This document shows, in pieces, positions 10,592-21,441 of a stretch of 64,000 nucleotides of DNA; positions within the stretch are counted from its first letter, which is position 1, and each line of letters opens with the position of its first letter. The stretch lies in IMG/VR virus record IMGVR_UViG_3300001580_000011, positions 34,257-98,256 of that record; one strand, given 5' to 3'. The notes under the pieces are model-generated. The model was not told the DNA's origin and searched no databases. It saw nothing but the letters and a program-made list of their open reading frames with translations. This DNA comes from a virus. Lineage: Duplodnaviria > Caudoviricetes. The position numbers and the translations under genes were made by a program.

Positions 10592-10825
10592 TGTATCACC
10601 AATTCCTTTATCTTGAAAACAATTTGTGTAATTTTTTGTCTTTCAAACGTAAGTTGATTCAACTTTATAAGAGTTTCTTCGGCCAAAATATAAGACTGGG
10701 CATCAAGAAGGTTTGTGAAGGCCCGGTCTATAATCGTCCGCTTTTCGCCAGCTTTTTTCAATTCCCTGTATACCAGATGTATCGTCATTCATATAAACCC
10801 CCTTCATTATTGTAAAGATATTTAT

Positions 10826-10854
10826 ATTATACCATATACTTTATATAAGGTAAA
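10826..10854 (-). promoter_or_regulatory. Early (sigma70-type) promoter
   Basis: TTTACC-17-TATAAT with extended TG on the minus strand. Confidence 0.6.
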
Positions 10855-10857
10855 TAA

Positions 10858-10892
10858 AGAAAAACCCAGTGTTTCCACTGGGTTCTCTTTTC
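10858..10892. terminator. Intrinsic terminator hairpin
   Basis: AACCCAGTG-TTTC-CACTGGGTT flanked by A/T runs. Confidence 0.65.
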
Positions 10893-10909
10893 TTCTATTC
10901 AGTTTTACC

Positions 10910-11119
10910 TTACTTCTTTGCTCGAATCTCTGCCAAAAGTGCTTCCAACTTTGCTTTTATATCAGCAGTAAGTTTTCCAGATTGTGCATCAGCGATGAGT
11001 TCATTAACCTTTGTTTCGGCATCGAGAAACCATTTCTTATTGTTTCTCCAAACAAAGAAAAATATCACGCCACTGACAGCTACGCCAGCACCAAAAGCAA
11101 TAATAACTTGTCCTTCCAT
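10910..11119 (-). CDS. Small single-TM membrane protein
   Basis: N-terminal hydrophobic helix; strong SD AGGAGG. Confidence 0.7.
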   Translation of the reverse strand: MEGQVIIAFGAGVAVSGVIFFFVWRNNKKWFLDAETKVNELIADAQSGKLTADIKAKLEALLAEIRAKK

Positions 11120-11801
11120 ATAAAACCTCCTTTTTATTAAAACTTTGAGGAAAATTTCCTCATAAATCTTTATATTATAAAAAAATACAAAATGTTAAAT
11201 TTTTTTTATAACAATCATACTTTTTGTAAACAATCGAAATAGGACAATAACTTTTTTTACCCCCCTATTTTGGAGTTAAAAAAGGTCAGTGTGTTTACAC
11301 ACTTACAACTTCTTGACAAACCCCCCTCTCCGTGTTATACTATCACCTATATTTATGATAAATAACATAATAAAAAAATATTTACAATCCCATTGAAACG
11401 TGTTACAATGGTATAAAATTATATTGTAATATGTAAGGCTAAGGAACAAGAATGAAAAAACTATGGTGTTTTTTATTTCATCGCTTCCATTGGAAATCGT
11501 TTCCTATTGGCGGCCTTGATGGTGGTATGAAAGATAGACAGATGTTTATCACTATAGGTGATATGGCTGTCTGTGAAAAATGTTATAGGGTATTTTTTAG
11601 ACCTATAAATGAATTTGGAAAGATGGAAAAAAATGAAAAAGTATCTTAAACCGTGGGAAATACAGACCATTGTAATAGGGATTATATCGGGTCTACTCGC
11701 TCTTCTTTGTAATTATTATCGACTACCTATGGTGTTTTGGGGGATAGGAATTTTTTCCGGTATCATTATTGGTTACTTACCAACAGAAAAGGAAATGAAA
11801 G

Positions 11802-12074
11802 ATGAGCAACGTGAAGAAAATTGATGAATGGCTGAAAGAAAAAGGTATTACGCTTGAGGATGCTGTTCAACTTGGTATCGCTCCTATATTACTTGAATGT
11901 AAGAAACGGGAAGCTGAACTGGAAGTTATTGAAAAACAGAATGAGGTTCTGATTACTGAATTGGATAATGTTCTCAACAAGATTAAAAGAGAATTAAAAG
12001 AAATGGATGATAATGCCCAAAGGCTCAAGGCCTTGGTTGAGTTTCAAGTAAAAGGGAGAACGTTTGACGCATGA
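11802..12074 (+). CDS. Coiled-coil hypothetical protein
   Basis: 90 aa heptad-rich ORF in an operon. Confidence 0.6.
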   Translation: MSNVKKIDEWLKEKGITLEDAVQLGIAPILLECKKREAELEVIEKQNEVLITELDNVLNKIKRELKEMDDNAQRLKALVEFQVKGRTFDA

Positions 12075-12301
12075 TTATTTGTCCGAAATGTAGAGGCCGT
12101 GTGGAGATCGTCGATACGGAAAAAGTGGATGCTCCTACTGGTAAGGGAAAAATGTTTATTCCCATCTATCAATGTCTTAAGTGTAAAAAATCTTTTACAG
12201 ACAGTGATGCAAAGAAAACACCTATGGAACAAGATATATAATCATAAATAATAATATGAAAAAAATAAAATCATATTTTATATATTTGTAAGAGATAACT
12301 A

Positions 12302-12622
12302 ATGTTTGACGATATTATAGGAAACCAAAATAAACCCTGCCGTTGCACACCATATATCAATATCAAGGTCACAAAAGGCGAGGTTGCTGAAACAAACACA
12401 TTGGGATATATCCTTATCATATACGTTGACCCAGCAAATGGTAAAATGTATTACCTTAAGTACATTACTAAAGAGAAATTCAATAGTGGTGATGAAGTTG
12501 AAATAGTTTTCGAAGATTTGAATAAAGGACCTCATATAACACAAATTTGTGAACGATGGACAATAGACAATAAAACACAAGATGATATATGTGTTGAAGA
12601 AGTAAGAAAGGTGAAAAAATGA
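12302..12622 (+). CDS. Hypothetical protein with N-terminal MFDDII motif; paralog of 13871
   Basis: YVDPANGKMYYLKY...DEVEIVF matches YVDISNGKTYNIKY...DPVEIVF. Confidence 0.7.
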   Translation: MFDDIIGNQNKPCRCTPYINIKVTKGEVAETNTLGYILIIYVDPANGKMYYLKYITKEKFNSGDEVEIVFEDLNKGPHITQICERWTIDNKTQDDICVEEVRKVKK

Positions 12623-12802
12623 AAAAGATGGAACCAAAAGAAGACACGTTTATTTCATTACAATTGATTGAAGAAGGTTCGGGAGAATATATCACGACAT
12701 TGAACCTGACATTCGATCAGACGATTAACCTTTTGCAATTCGCTATCGTTAGAGGACTAAAAGATCAAATCAAATTTATAGAAGAAAACAAGGAAAAAAA
12801 AG

Positions 12803-13039
12803 ATGTTTGACGACCTTATTATTCCCAAAAAAGCGATGAAGGTAACGCAGCGGAAAAAAAAAGATGGAATTGATCTTTCCGGCGCCACTTCTCCAATCGT
12901 TCAAAACACAGCATCACCTTGTCAAAAATGTAATTCAACAGACCTAATAATATTAATGCACCATCTAAACCCATATACAGGACGTAAAGAGTTTTTTGTT
13001 GAATGTAAAATGTGTGGACATCAGTATTGGTCGCTATAA
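12803..13039 (+). CDS. Zinc-ribbon protein with N-terminal MFDDLI motif
   Basis: CQKC...CKMC. Confidence 0.65.
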   Translation: MFDDLIIPKKAMKVTQRKKKDGIDLSGATSPIVQNTASPCQKCNSTDLIILMHHLNPYTGRKEFFVECKMCGHQYWSL

Positions 13040-13067
13040 AGACTAATATAATTGCAATTTTCGTTTA

Positions 13068-13096
13068 TTTACATCTTACTAATAATTTGATATAAT
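13068..13096 (+). promoter_or_regulatory. Early promoter
   Basis: TTTACA-17-TATAAT with extended TG. Confidence 0.65.
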
Positions 13097-13591
13097 AATC
13101 ATTAATGTATGGTTTTTTAAAATGTGAAAGGATTATTAATATGAAAACTGTTGAAATTAAAAAATATGTTGAAGCTATTAATGAGCTTCATACTGAATTT
13201 GTAAAGTCCACCAACCTCATTGAAAAACATAGATTTGCTGTAGCACTTAGCATTATGGCAGATCAACTTATGTTAGCCCTATCACCAATCATAAACGCTA
13301 AAATAATAAAACCGGGAATTATTGTAGAAGATTATTTACCAAATGATCGTCCACCTACACCTCAAAAGACAGCGAAAATATATCAATTCAAGGAAAAAGA
13401 GTGATATGTACTGGTTTGTACTTTTTCTTATAGGTATGTGCACATTTTCTACAGCAGTATTCCTTACTGTAATGTTCTCATGGCTACCATCGTGGTTTCC
13501 ATATCTTACGATAACCGTAATACCCGGAACGTTCATTGTAGATCATCTTGTTAAAAGGAAAAGAAATGTGTAGATCAATGTTCGATCTCGA

Positions 13592-13867
13592 TTGCAAGAA
13601 AAAAAGAAATGGTGTACTATAAACAATACATATGATATGTTTCCAGTAGGAACAAGGGTTCACGTTGTTACGGCCTGTCAGGATTTCAATTTCTTTTATG
13701 ATGAAACTGGTTTTGTAACCAAGAACACAGGTGAATATCTCGGTATCACCGTAACGTTTGATGAAAAAAGGGAATTTACCAACGGGGATGTCCAAACTAG
13801 TTTTGGATTTAATCCCGATGATTTATTTCCATTAGACATACCAAATAAACTATTTGAAGTGGAGTAA
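13592..13867 (+). CDS. SH3-like hypothetical protein with tag A
   Basis: FPVGTRVHV...; ends IPNKLFEVE. Confidence 0.65.
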   Translation: MQEKKKWCTINNTYDMFPVGTRVHVVTACQDFNFFYDETGFVTKNTGEYLGITVTFDEKREFTNGDVQTSFGFNPDDLFPLDIPNKLFEVE

Positions 13868-13870
13868 AAA

Positions 13871-14218
13871 ATGTTTGAAGATATTCTTGGACCAAATAAA
13901 TCGAATATGACCGATACCTCTGCCAGACATGGATGCGGCCGTCCTAGGCTAACGTGTAATGGTAAGTGTAATGGAATAGATGTTGATGGCCAACATATTT
14001 ATTTCAATTATGTAGATATAAGCAACGGTAAAACATATAATATCAAATACCGTTGGCCGGATGCTATTATGAAAAAAATGTTCGTAAAAGACGACCCGGT
14101 TGAAATAGTGTTTTATGATGGTAAATTCAAAAATGTTTCAATACAAAAGTGCCGTCGGCTGGATATTCGTAGTAAAAAATGGGATTTCATTGATATACAG
14201 GATATTATAAAACGATGA
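13871..14218 (+). CDS. Hypothetical protein with N-terminal MFEDIL motif
   Basis: Paralog of 12302. Confidence 0.7.
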   Translation: MFEDILGPNKSNMTDTSARHGCGRPRLTCNGKCNGIDVDGQHIYFNYVDISNGKTYNIKYRWPDAIMKKMFVKDDPVEIVFYDGKFKNVSIQKCRRLDIRSKKWDFIDIQDIIKR

Positions 14219-14577
14219 AAAAAATTCTCAAAATAAAAAGTATATCCGCACCGAGCAAAATATATAAATATATTACATTCCAAATTATAGAACAATCACA
14301 TCGAGGTTCTAATTTTGGTGACGAATCATCTGATTTCTCGGCTTCTAACGGTATTGTTTTGGCATCTTCCTTGTTCCCGCAGATAGGATATACAGCATTT
14401 TATGTGCGTGGAACAAACCACGATGAAGACGATAAAATATTGAAAACTACATCTAAAACTTTTGAGAGAATTCAATTTGCCATACAAGAATATAATAATT
14501 TCTTTAATGGAAAGAAAATTTCTATCGGACAAGACGATTATATCAAAAGGATAGGTATCTCATATAACGATATTTAA
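14215..14577 (+). CDS. EQSHR-family protein with tag B
   Basis: IIEQSHRG..ASNG..FYVRG..AIQEYN; GQDDYIKRIGI near the C-terminus. Confidence 0.75.
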   Translation: MKKILKIKSISAPSKIYKYITFQIIEQSHRGSNFGDESSDFSASNGIVLASSLFPQIGYTAFYVRGTNHDEDDKILKTTSKTFERIQFAIQEYNNFFNGKKISIGQDDYIKRIGISYNDI

Positions 14578-14867
14578 GTATGTCATAGTAAGATTTTACT
14601 ATTGGAAATACCCACGGATATATTTTGGGCCATAATCATCGGCCGATGGAAAACAGAAAAAACTTTTATAAAAAGTGTATCGAGCATTAGTAGTGGTAAT
14701 GAAAAAATGTAAACACGTATATCAAATAGAAAAACATGGAAAATATTTTCTCGTAAAATGTATAAAGTGTAGACAAAGATTGTTTTGTGAACATTTTTCA
14801 GAAAAATATTTAATATGTGATGATTGTATAAACATTCTTCGTAAAAACATTTTAAAAGGAAAGTATT

Positions 14868-15137
14868 ATGATTAATAAAAACAAAGAAATGAGAGCAGGT
14901 TGGATACATGAATTTTATATATCGTCAACGGCCACACATCCTTACCTCTATTATATTCCGGTAATATTTACGGATACGGTTATTCTTTATACGGAAAACG
15001 GGATAAGTGAAATTGGTAAATACAAAATAAGTGAAGTAGAAAAATCTTATTATAAAATTATTCCTATAAAAAAATTCGATACAGCTGAACCAAAAATTGG
15101 GCAGGATGAATATCTTAAAAGAATGGGCATAAGGTAG
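14868..15137 (+). CDS. Hypothetical protein with tag B
   Basis: Ends GQDEYLKRMGIR. Confidence 0.7.
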   Translation: MINKNKEMRAGWIHEFYISSTATHPYLYYIPVIFTDTVILYTENGISEIGKYKISEVEKSYYKIIPIKKFDTAEPKIGQDEYLKRMGIR

Positions 15138-15211
15138 TATAATTTTATAAAATATTTTCTACTGTTAACCAAAAGATACATATAACACACCGTTTTTACT
15201 CATCTTTTCTT

Positions 15212-15241
15212 GTTTACATATACCTTCAACTATGATATAAT
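15212..15241 (+). promoter_or_regulatory. Early promoter
   Basis: GTTTACA-17-TATAAT (T4 early-like). Confidence 0.75.
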
Positions 15242-15264
15242 ATCTCATATTTGGAGGTTTAATC

Positions 15265-15654
15265 ATGAAGAAAGAACACGCTGAAAAATTATTGAAGGAT
15301 TTTCCCTATCAGTTTTCGTACTATCACGATCACACAAAACCCATGATGCCAATGGTATTTGGATTTGAGTGTGGTGATGGTTGGTATGAGATCATTTACA
15401 ATCTCACCAAGAAATTATCGGAAGTATCGCCCACTACAAAAGTAATGCAAGTCAAAGAGAAGTTTGCTGGCCTACGTTACTATGTCGATTCATGTAATGA
15501 AGAAGGTTTCGAATTGATTAATCAAGCAGAAAAATTATCGTATAAAACCTGTGAAAATTGTGGTTCGATGGAAGATGTAAAAATAAGAGGAAAATACTGG
15601 GCACAAACCCGTTGTGAAAAATGTAAAGACGTTTCAGCGAGGGATACGAGATGA
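15265..15654 (+). CDS. Conserved phage hypothetical protein
   Basis: ECGDGW..QVKEKFAGLRYY..CENCG..C..C, a pattern common in large phages. Confidence 0.75.
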   Translation: MKKEHAEKLLKDFPYQFSYYHDHTKPMMPMVFGFECGDGWYEIIYNLTKKLSEVSPTTKVMQVKEKFAGLRYYVDSCNEEGFELINQAEKLSYKTCENCGSMEDVKIRGKYWAQTRCEKCKDVSARDTR

Positions 15655-15690
15655 AAGTAAAATCTTTGATACAAAGAGGTCATTGGGTAT

Positions 15691-15978
15691 ATGATACAAA
15701 AACCGAAAAATCAAAAACCATTGAATGGTGAATCATATCTGACAGCTAAGATTGTGACTTCCAAATATTCTACATTTTGGTATGAAAGGGAAATAGGTGA
15801 ATTGTATTATATTTGTCCTACAAGACGACAACATCGTCCATATCGTAATGGAGCTCCCGGTGATTGGTATTATGAGGTAATAGGCCCCTTTGCCAGTAAA
15901 AGATTTTTATTGGAACGCGATATTGAAATAGTTGTATTAGATGAATATAAAATTCCAGAAGAGTTATTTGAAATATGA
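15691..15978 (+). CDS. Hypothetical protein with tag A (start uncertain)
   Basis: Ends IPEELFEI. Confidence 0.65.
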   Translation: MIQKPKNQKPLNGESYLTAKIVTSKYSTFWYEREIGELYYICPTRRQHRPYRNGAPGDWYYEVIGPFASKRFLLERDIEIVVLDEYKIPEELFEI

Positions 15979-16187
15979 AAACAAAAGTGAGATATATTGG
16001 TGATAAGGACTGTTGGGGATTTGTACAAAATTTCATTTATGATGTAACAGATATTGACGAGTTAAGCGGTAATATATTACCATATTGGATTGTTTTGAAT
16101 AGTGGTATCAGAGCATCTGGTATGGCTTTCATGAAAGAAGATGCTGTGATCGTATCAATAATTCCAGACGAGTTATTTGAAATATGA
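15975..16187 (+). CDS. Hypothetical protein with tag A
   Basis: Ends IPDELFEI. Confidence 0.7.
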   Translation: MKTKVRYIGDKDCWGFVQNFIYDVTDIDELSGNILPYWIVLNSGIRASGMAFMKEDAVIVSIIPDELFEI

Positions 16188-16539
16188 AGTGTGATAATCG
16201 TAACGGACTATTTGGTGGATATAAAGCCTCCATTAATTGTACAAATAAAGCGATATGGAAAATAACCATAGATCGAAACGAGGTCAATATAAAACCGATG
16301 TATGTGTGTGATTCATGTTCTTTCCATATTTCAAAGACAATAAAGAAAAGGTTTGAATTACACGGGAGAGAAACAATAATTGAGATGGAGAGAATATTAT
16401 AAAGTGGAAAAATAGTGAAGAATTTGAACATAAGAAAAAAAGAATAGCTGAATGGCATAGGGAGCATAGGGAAGTAAAAGAAAGGTAATAGGCCGTATAA
16501 AATATTATGGTAATTATTTCACTTATGAATGAATAGAAT

Positions 16540-16797
16540 ATGAAAAAGATATTTCAAATGAACATAACCGATTCAAACTTGAAAAAAATTGGAAAATACA
16601 AATATGATAAATTTGTACAGGATTATAGAAGATGTGGTGGCAGGTTTTATGTGTTCAATGACCAAATTGGAAACAGTGTAATATATGTGGAAAGATCATA
16701 TGACCCAAAATTATACTGGATTGTGATGAAGAAAAATGGTATGCTCATTGACGTGCCTATAGAAGTTACACTGGATGGAGGTCTATTTGAGATATGA
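16540..16797 (+). CDS. Hypothetical protein with tag A
   Basis: Ends LDGGLFEI. Confidence 0.65.
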   Translation: MKKIFQMNITDSNLKKIGKYKYDKFVQDYRRCGGRFYVFNDQIGNSVIYVERSYDPKLYWIVMKKNGMLIDVPIEVTLDGGLFEI

Positions 16798-16983
16798 AGG
16801 TAAGAGCGATAAAAGCCAAATATGATGATGTGTGGTATTATAATGATATAGGAAAGATTTTTGAAGTAGAAGAAAAATTATATATGTCAACTTACTATCT
16901 ATTGAAAAACCGACCTTATGAAACAATCAGAGGCTTCCGTATTTCAGATGTAAAAGTTACCGGACGAATTATTTGAGATATAG
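16794..16983 (+). pseudogene. Small protein whose tag A lies out of frame
   Basis: The ORF stops at 16976, but 16957-16983 reads LPDELFEI* in another frame. Confidence 0.55.
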
Positions 16984-16995
16984 AAAGAACGAATT

Positions 16996-17334
16996 ATGAA
17001 ACGAGAATTGTTATTTTCAGTGACAAAGGACGATTTTGATGTTCAAACGTTCAAAGCTGGTGGTAAGGGCGGGCAACACCAGAACACCACAAATACAGGT
17101 GTTCGTATCATTCATAAGGAATCTGGTGCAGTAGGTGAATCCCGTGAAGAACGGTCACAGGCACAAAACAAGAAAGTTGCCTTCCGTAGATGTATTGAAA
17201 CAAAGATATTTCAATTATGGTTGAGACTCAAATCATCTGCCCGTATGAAAGGAATATATGATATTGAGAAACATCTTGACAAGATGATGGAAGAAAAGAA
17301 TATCAAAGTAGAAACCTATACACCAAAGGAGTAA
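16996..17334 (+). CDS. GGQ-domain peptidyl-tRNA hydrolase (release factor/ArfB-like)
   Basis: GGKGGQHQNTTNTGVRIIH..ERSQAQNK. Confidence 0.88.
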   Translation: MKRELLFSVTKDDFDVQTFKAGGKGGQHQNTTNTGVRIIHKESGAVGESREERSQAQNKKVAFRRCIETKIFQLWLRLKSSARMKGIYDIEKHLDKMMEEKNIKVETYTPKE

Positions 17335-17814
17335 TAAAATGTCTAAATCACCTGAAATGGAAAAAATTTTAAACGATATATCGAAACGCATGTATGGGAG
17401 AGAAAGGAACTCTAATATGTGTGTAGTTTGTGGTTCCGATAAGGTAAAACCAACCGATTTCAAGGATAATCTGTCTCGAAAGGAATATACCATTTCCTAT
17501 ATGTGCCAGAAATGTCAGGATAAAGTGTTTTTCGACAATGGAGAACAATAAAACAGTTATATTATTTGGTAAAATAAAATCAAAAGTGCAAGTAGGCCGA
17601 TACTGACATATGAGGGCTGTAACGTTATACAGGATAAACAAGCTAAGTATATCATGAGCCTTATTTGCAAAGACTCCAAGGCCGAGAACAAGCTGGAAAA
17701 GATAATGGAAAAAGTGGACGAAGTTATATTAAACCGCCAAGAAAACGAAGAACATCCTTATCTAGGAGATGTTTTCGACGAACTCAGGCAAATTACCTTC
17801 ACGGAGAGAAAGAG

Positions 17815-18246
17815 ATGAAACTGGAAACAGCGCAGAAGTTACAATGGCCGTGGCCTACAGAATGGGTTTACCTTGTAAAAAAAACCGGGCACATAGAGTC
17901 TCGCCACAAAAAAGAGTCCTGGGGTAAGTATTACGATCTACAAAAAGTAATACAAAACCCCTCTGTCGAGGAGATGCTGGAGAGGATGCCGAACTTTATC
18001 TGTAAAAATGCCAGCGATCCGGTTCTTTATAAAGCGATTATCTGGTCGGATAGAGACTTTAGTGTTGGATACCGTGGCGGCAAGGGGGAGGGGTTTATGC
18101 TTAATTTTCCCGATAACCTCGCCGAAGCCCTCGCCCTTCTCTGCATCTGGCTTCGGGACAATAAACTAATGGATTGGAAGCGAGAAGAGGTGGGAAATGA
18201 AGAACACGTTAAGGCATCTAAAAAAATTGGATGGAACAACTCATGA
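17815..18246 (+). CDS. Phage hypothetical protein
   Basis: ATG after SD GGAGAG; PSVEEMLERMP...NLAEALALLCIWL. Confidence 0.6.
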   Translation: MKLETAQKLQWPWPTEWVYLVKKTGHIESRHKKESWGKYYDLQKVIQNPSVEEMLERMPNFICKNASDPVLYKAIIWSDRDFSVGYRGGKGEGFMLNFPDNLAEALALLCIWLRDNKLMDWKREEVGNEEHVKASKKIGWNNS

Positions 18247-19037
18247 AAAAATGTCTAGAATGTGGTAACTGGAGTGTTAAAGTATTAAGTAGTCAAGAAG
18301 AGCAATGCTTGGCCTATGGTTGCTCATACAAAGTAATATATTCAACAGACCGAGAAAGAATATTGGAATTAGAAAAACAAGTCAAATATTTAAACACTAT
18401 CATAGTGGAGTGGTCAAGGGAAAGAGGGGAGTTATGAACATAGACCGATTTATCGCTGAGAATGTTATGCACGTTTGCTGGCATAAGGCCGATGAAACTT
18501 CGTGGTACGGAGAACGGTGTTCTTTATGTGGATTAAACACAATGGATGATGATAATAAATTGTTTTCTTTAGTTGAAACACTTCATCCCAATTATTCAAC
18601 CGGAAAACATAAAACCGACTTGATGAACTTCTGCGTAGAACAGGAATGGTGGCTGAAATTTTGGGATTGGGCTTATTTCGATAATTATCTACCAACAGGA
18701 GAATATAGAAAATCGTCAGGACCGCTTCATGCTGTATTCACCGCCTATCTCTGGCGCAGCCTACGTGAACTGGTGGCGGTTTATCATGGGTATAAAGAAT
18801 GATATGAAAACATTTGCAACGGGCGAAATTGTAAGATGGGGTGATTCATTATGGATAGTATCGGAATCGAGAAAAGATAAACTGGTATTACTTAGCATGA
18901 ATCGTGCTAATTGCTCTGCCTATATATCGGAAAATTGGCCAATAAAGAAATCGGACAGACAAGTGAAATGGGTAGCTAATAGTGTATATGATTTTATCAC
19001 TCGCACACTAAAAAATGTAGGAAAATAATTTTATAAA

Positions 19038-19400
19038 ATGGATGTATTTGATTTTATATTAATATGCCTTCCGATTGCTGCTTTTGTTTGTACTAATGTT
19101 TTTTATTTTGTTAGAACATTAAACAGAATAAAAGAAGATATAAAGAGGATAGAACAAGAGCAAGCTAGAAGGGCAGAAGAAGCTCGAAGAATATTGTCTG
19201 CAGCTAGGGTGGAAAGACAAAAATTAATATCATATATGAACTTGGTTGGAATTACCCACCCATTTACTAAAGAAGAAATTTCAAAGAAAAGGAGGGTCCT
19301 TAGTTTAAAATATCATCCAGATCGTAATAACGGAAAAGACGATAAAATGAAAAGAGTAAACGAAGCGTGTGATTATTTAGAAAAAATGTCACAAGGATAA
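19038..19400 (+). CDS. Membrane-anchored J-domain (DnaJ-like) protein
   Basis: N-terminal TM; KYHPDRN..MKRVNEA. Confidence 0.85.
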   Translation: MDVFDFILICLPIAAFVCTNVFYFVRTLNRIKEDIKRIEQEQARRAEEARRILSAARVERQKLISYMNLVGITHPFTKEEISKKRRVLSLKYHPDRNNGKDDKMKRVNEACDYLEKMSQG

Positions 19401-19585
19401 GGAAAAAGATTTACTTGAAGCTAGGGAAATGGAACACGTAAGAGAAAGTAACCATCGAATAATACTCTTATAGGGGATAGTTTTATAATGGATTTACAAA
19501 AAGTCATCATCACTAGCCAAAGACCTTGTATACATTTATGTGAATAGGTGATATAACAGAAAGAAAATCAGTAGGAGATTAGAGG

Positions 19586-19810
19586 ATGAAGAAGTTATTT
19601 TGTATATTATTGGTTGTTTTACTTACTGGTTGTGGTATTCCATTCACCAAGATAGATATGTCATTATATCAAAATGATTACCTTGAGTGTGAATGGGAAG
19701 CCGATAGGGTGGCCGGATATTATAAAGGTGGCCCTCACGCTGAACAACTTATAAAATGTATGGAAAAAAGAGGATATAATACACATAGGGAGTATGTTGA
19801 AATGTTATGA
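19586..19810 (+). CDS. Lipoprotein
   Basis: MKK-hydrophobic-LTGC lipobox; CMEKRGY; paralog of 20108. Confidence 0.75.
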   Translation: MKKLFCILLVVLLTGCGIPFTKIDMSLYQNDYLECEWEADRVAGYYKGGPHAEQLIKCMEKRGYNTHREYVEML

Positions 19811-20108
19811 AAACATTTATAACAGCAATCATAATGGTATTGGCATCAACCAGTTTTGCTTTAGCGGACACAGGAAGAATATATGATGATCGGGGGTTGG
19901 AACAAAGACAGAAGAGGGTAGGTATTATTCACCCGATGGGAAGTATCAAGGGAAAGAGGTAGATGGCCGATATTACTCAAATGACGGCAAATATGTAGGT
20001 AAACAAGATGGTGATAGATACTACTCAAGTGATGGTTCATATAGAGGTAAAGAAGTGAATGGCCGTCTGTATAATACAACTGGGAAATATAAAGGGAGTA
20101 AGAGATAA
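19807..20108 (+). pseudogene. Frameshifted secreted beta-repeat protein
   Basis: Signal peptide plus GRIYDDRG in one frame; four GRYYSxDGKYxGK-like repeats continue in another frame. Confidence 0.65.
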
Positions 20109-20374
20109 TGAAGAAGTTACTTGGTCTATTGATAATGTGTTTTATGCTAACTGGATGTGCAACACATTTTACAAAGAATGATATGTCAAGAATAAATGAT
20201 GATAAAACCGAATGTCTGAGTCTTGGTTCACAAGCAGGATTATCTGCTGATACTTTTATAGTTTATATTGATTGTATGGAAACCAGAGGATATGTAACTG
20301 ACCCCGAATATAAGAAAGGATTTGTTGATGCTTACCAGAAGAAAGAAGCTTCATTGAAAAAGTATAAACAATAA
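20108..20374 (+). CDS. Lipoprotein
   Basis: LTGC lipobox; CMETRGY. Confidence 0.75.
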   Translation: MKKLLGLLIMCFMLTGCATHFTKNDMSRINDDKTECLSLGSQAGLSADTFIVYIDCMETRGYVTDPEYKKGFVDAYQKKEASLKKYKQ

Positions 20375-20749
20375 ACACTATCTTCATATTTTATATCTCC
20401 TTAGCAATAATAACATAACTAGCCAAAAACCATAATACAAAAAATAATAACATAATTACAAAAAGTCATCATTACAAAAAGTCATCATTACTAGCCAAAA
20501 ACCATATTATATAGGGTAAATCTAATAAGGAGGGATAACAATGGAAGATTTGCAAAAAAGTCTCGTTACCAAAATTGGTGAGCAATTGAAGTCTGATAAA
20601 CCAAACATACAATTGCTTGACGTATTGAACCGATTGTTGGGAACAGTCAATAACTATCTTGTTGCTATAAGAGGTTACTGATAGTAATATCCCCTATAGG
20701 AATAATACTCTTATAGGGGATAGTTTTATAAAATCAATAACATATTCTT

Positions 20750-20779
20750 GTTTACATTTATATGAATAGGTGGTATAAT
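20750..20779 (+). promoter_or_regulatory. Early promoter within a repeated intergenic cassette
   Basis: GTTTACA-17-TATAAT; upstream AATAATACTCTTATAGGGGATAGTTTTATAA is also present at about 19459. Confidence 0.7.
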
Positions 20780-20807
20780 AGAAAGAAAAGTAGTAGAAGA
20801 GTGTAAA

Positions 20808-21080
20808 ATGGATTTTGAGACAAATTTGAGGTATGAACAGGAAAAAAAGTCAGAAGTGTTGGGGGCATTACTTTCATTTATTTTGCCCGGTATAGGTAGT
20901 ATGTATGCTGGGAAGGTAGGTAAAGGAATTATGTTCCTTTTCGGCGCGATCATTGGTTATATATTATTTGTCATCCCCGGCTTGATCGTTCACCTGTTTT
21001 CTATCATATCAGGATATAATGATGTAAAGATTTCAAATACCCTTTTGGGATTGGAATATCTCAAAAGAGAGAAAGAGTAA
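20808..21080 (+). CDS. TM2-domain membrane protein
   Basis: KKS...LLSFILPGIGSMYAGKVGKG. Confidence 0.8.
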   Translation: MDFETNLRYEQEKKSEVLGALLSFILPGIGSMYAGKVGKGIMFLFGAIIGYILFVIPGLIVHLFSIISGYNDVKISNTLLGLEYLKREKE

Positions 21081-21084
21081 GATT

Positions 21085-21441
21085 ATGAAAAAGATATTGT
21101 GTATAATAATTGGATTGGTTATGGTATTGTTTACTAATAATGTCTTTGCTCAATGGGGAACACCTGTTTTAAGGGAAAGAGATTTAATGATTATTGGTAA
21201 TGAGGATATGGTTGATTCGCTATGTCCAGCACAACAAAGTATAAACAAGTGTTGGCAGAAAGTAATGACAATAAAAAGTGAACCTACCTATAGTAAAGAT
21301 AGGAAACTTCAAATGAATGCTTATAATTGGAGTGAAGAATGTAAGGTGATTGAGAAGAATTATAAAACTTGTGAAAGGGTATTAAAGAAGATTCGTGCAC
21401 AAGATTTAAAGGATTGTAAGAAGGCCGGGTATTGTAAGTAA
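21085..21441 (+). CDS. Secreted Cys-containing protein
   Basis: Signal peptide ending VFA; six Cys in the mature part. Confidence 0.65.
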   Translation: MKKILCIIIGLVMVLFTNNVFAQWGTPVLRERDLMIIGNEDMVDSLCPAQQSINKCWQKVMTIKSEPTYSKDRKLQMNAYNWSEECKVIEKNYKTCERVLKKIRAQDLKDCKKAGYCK

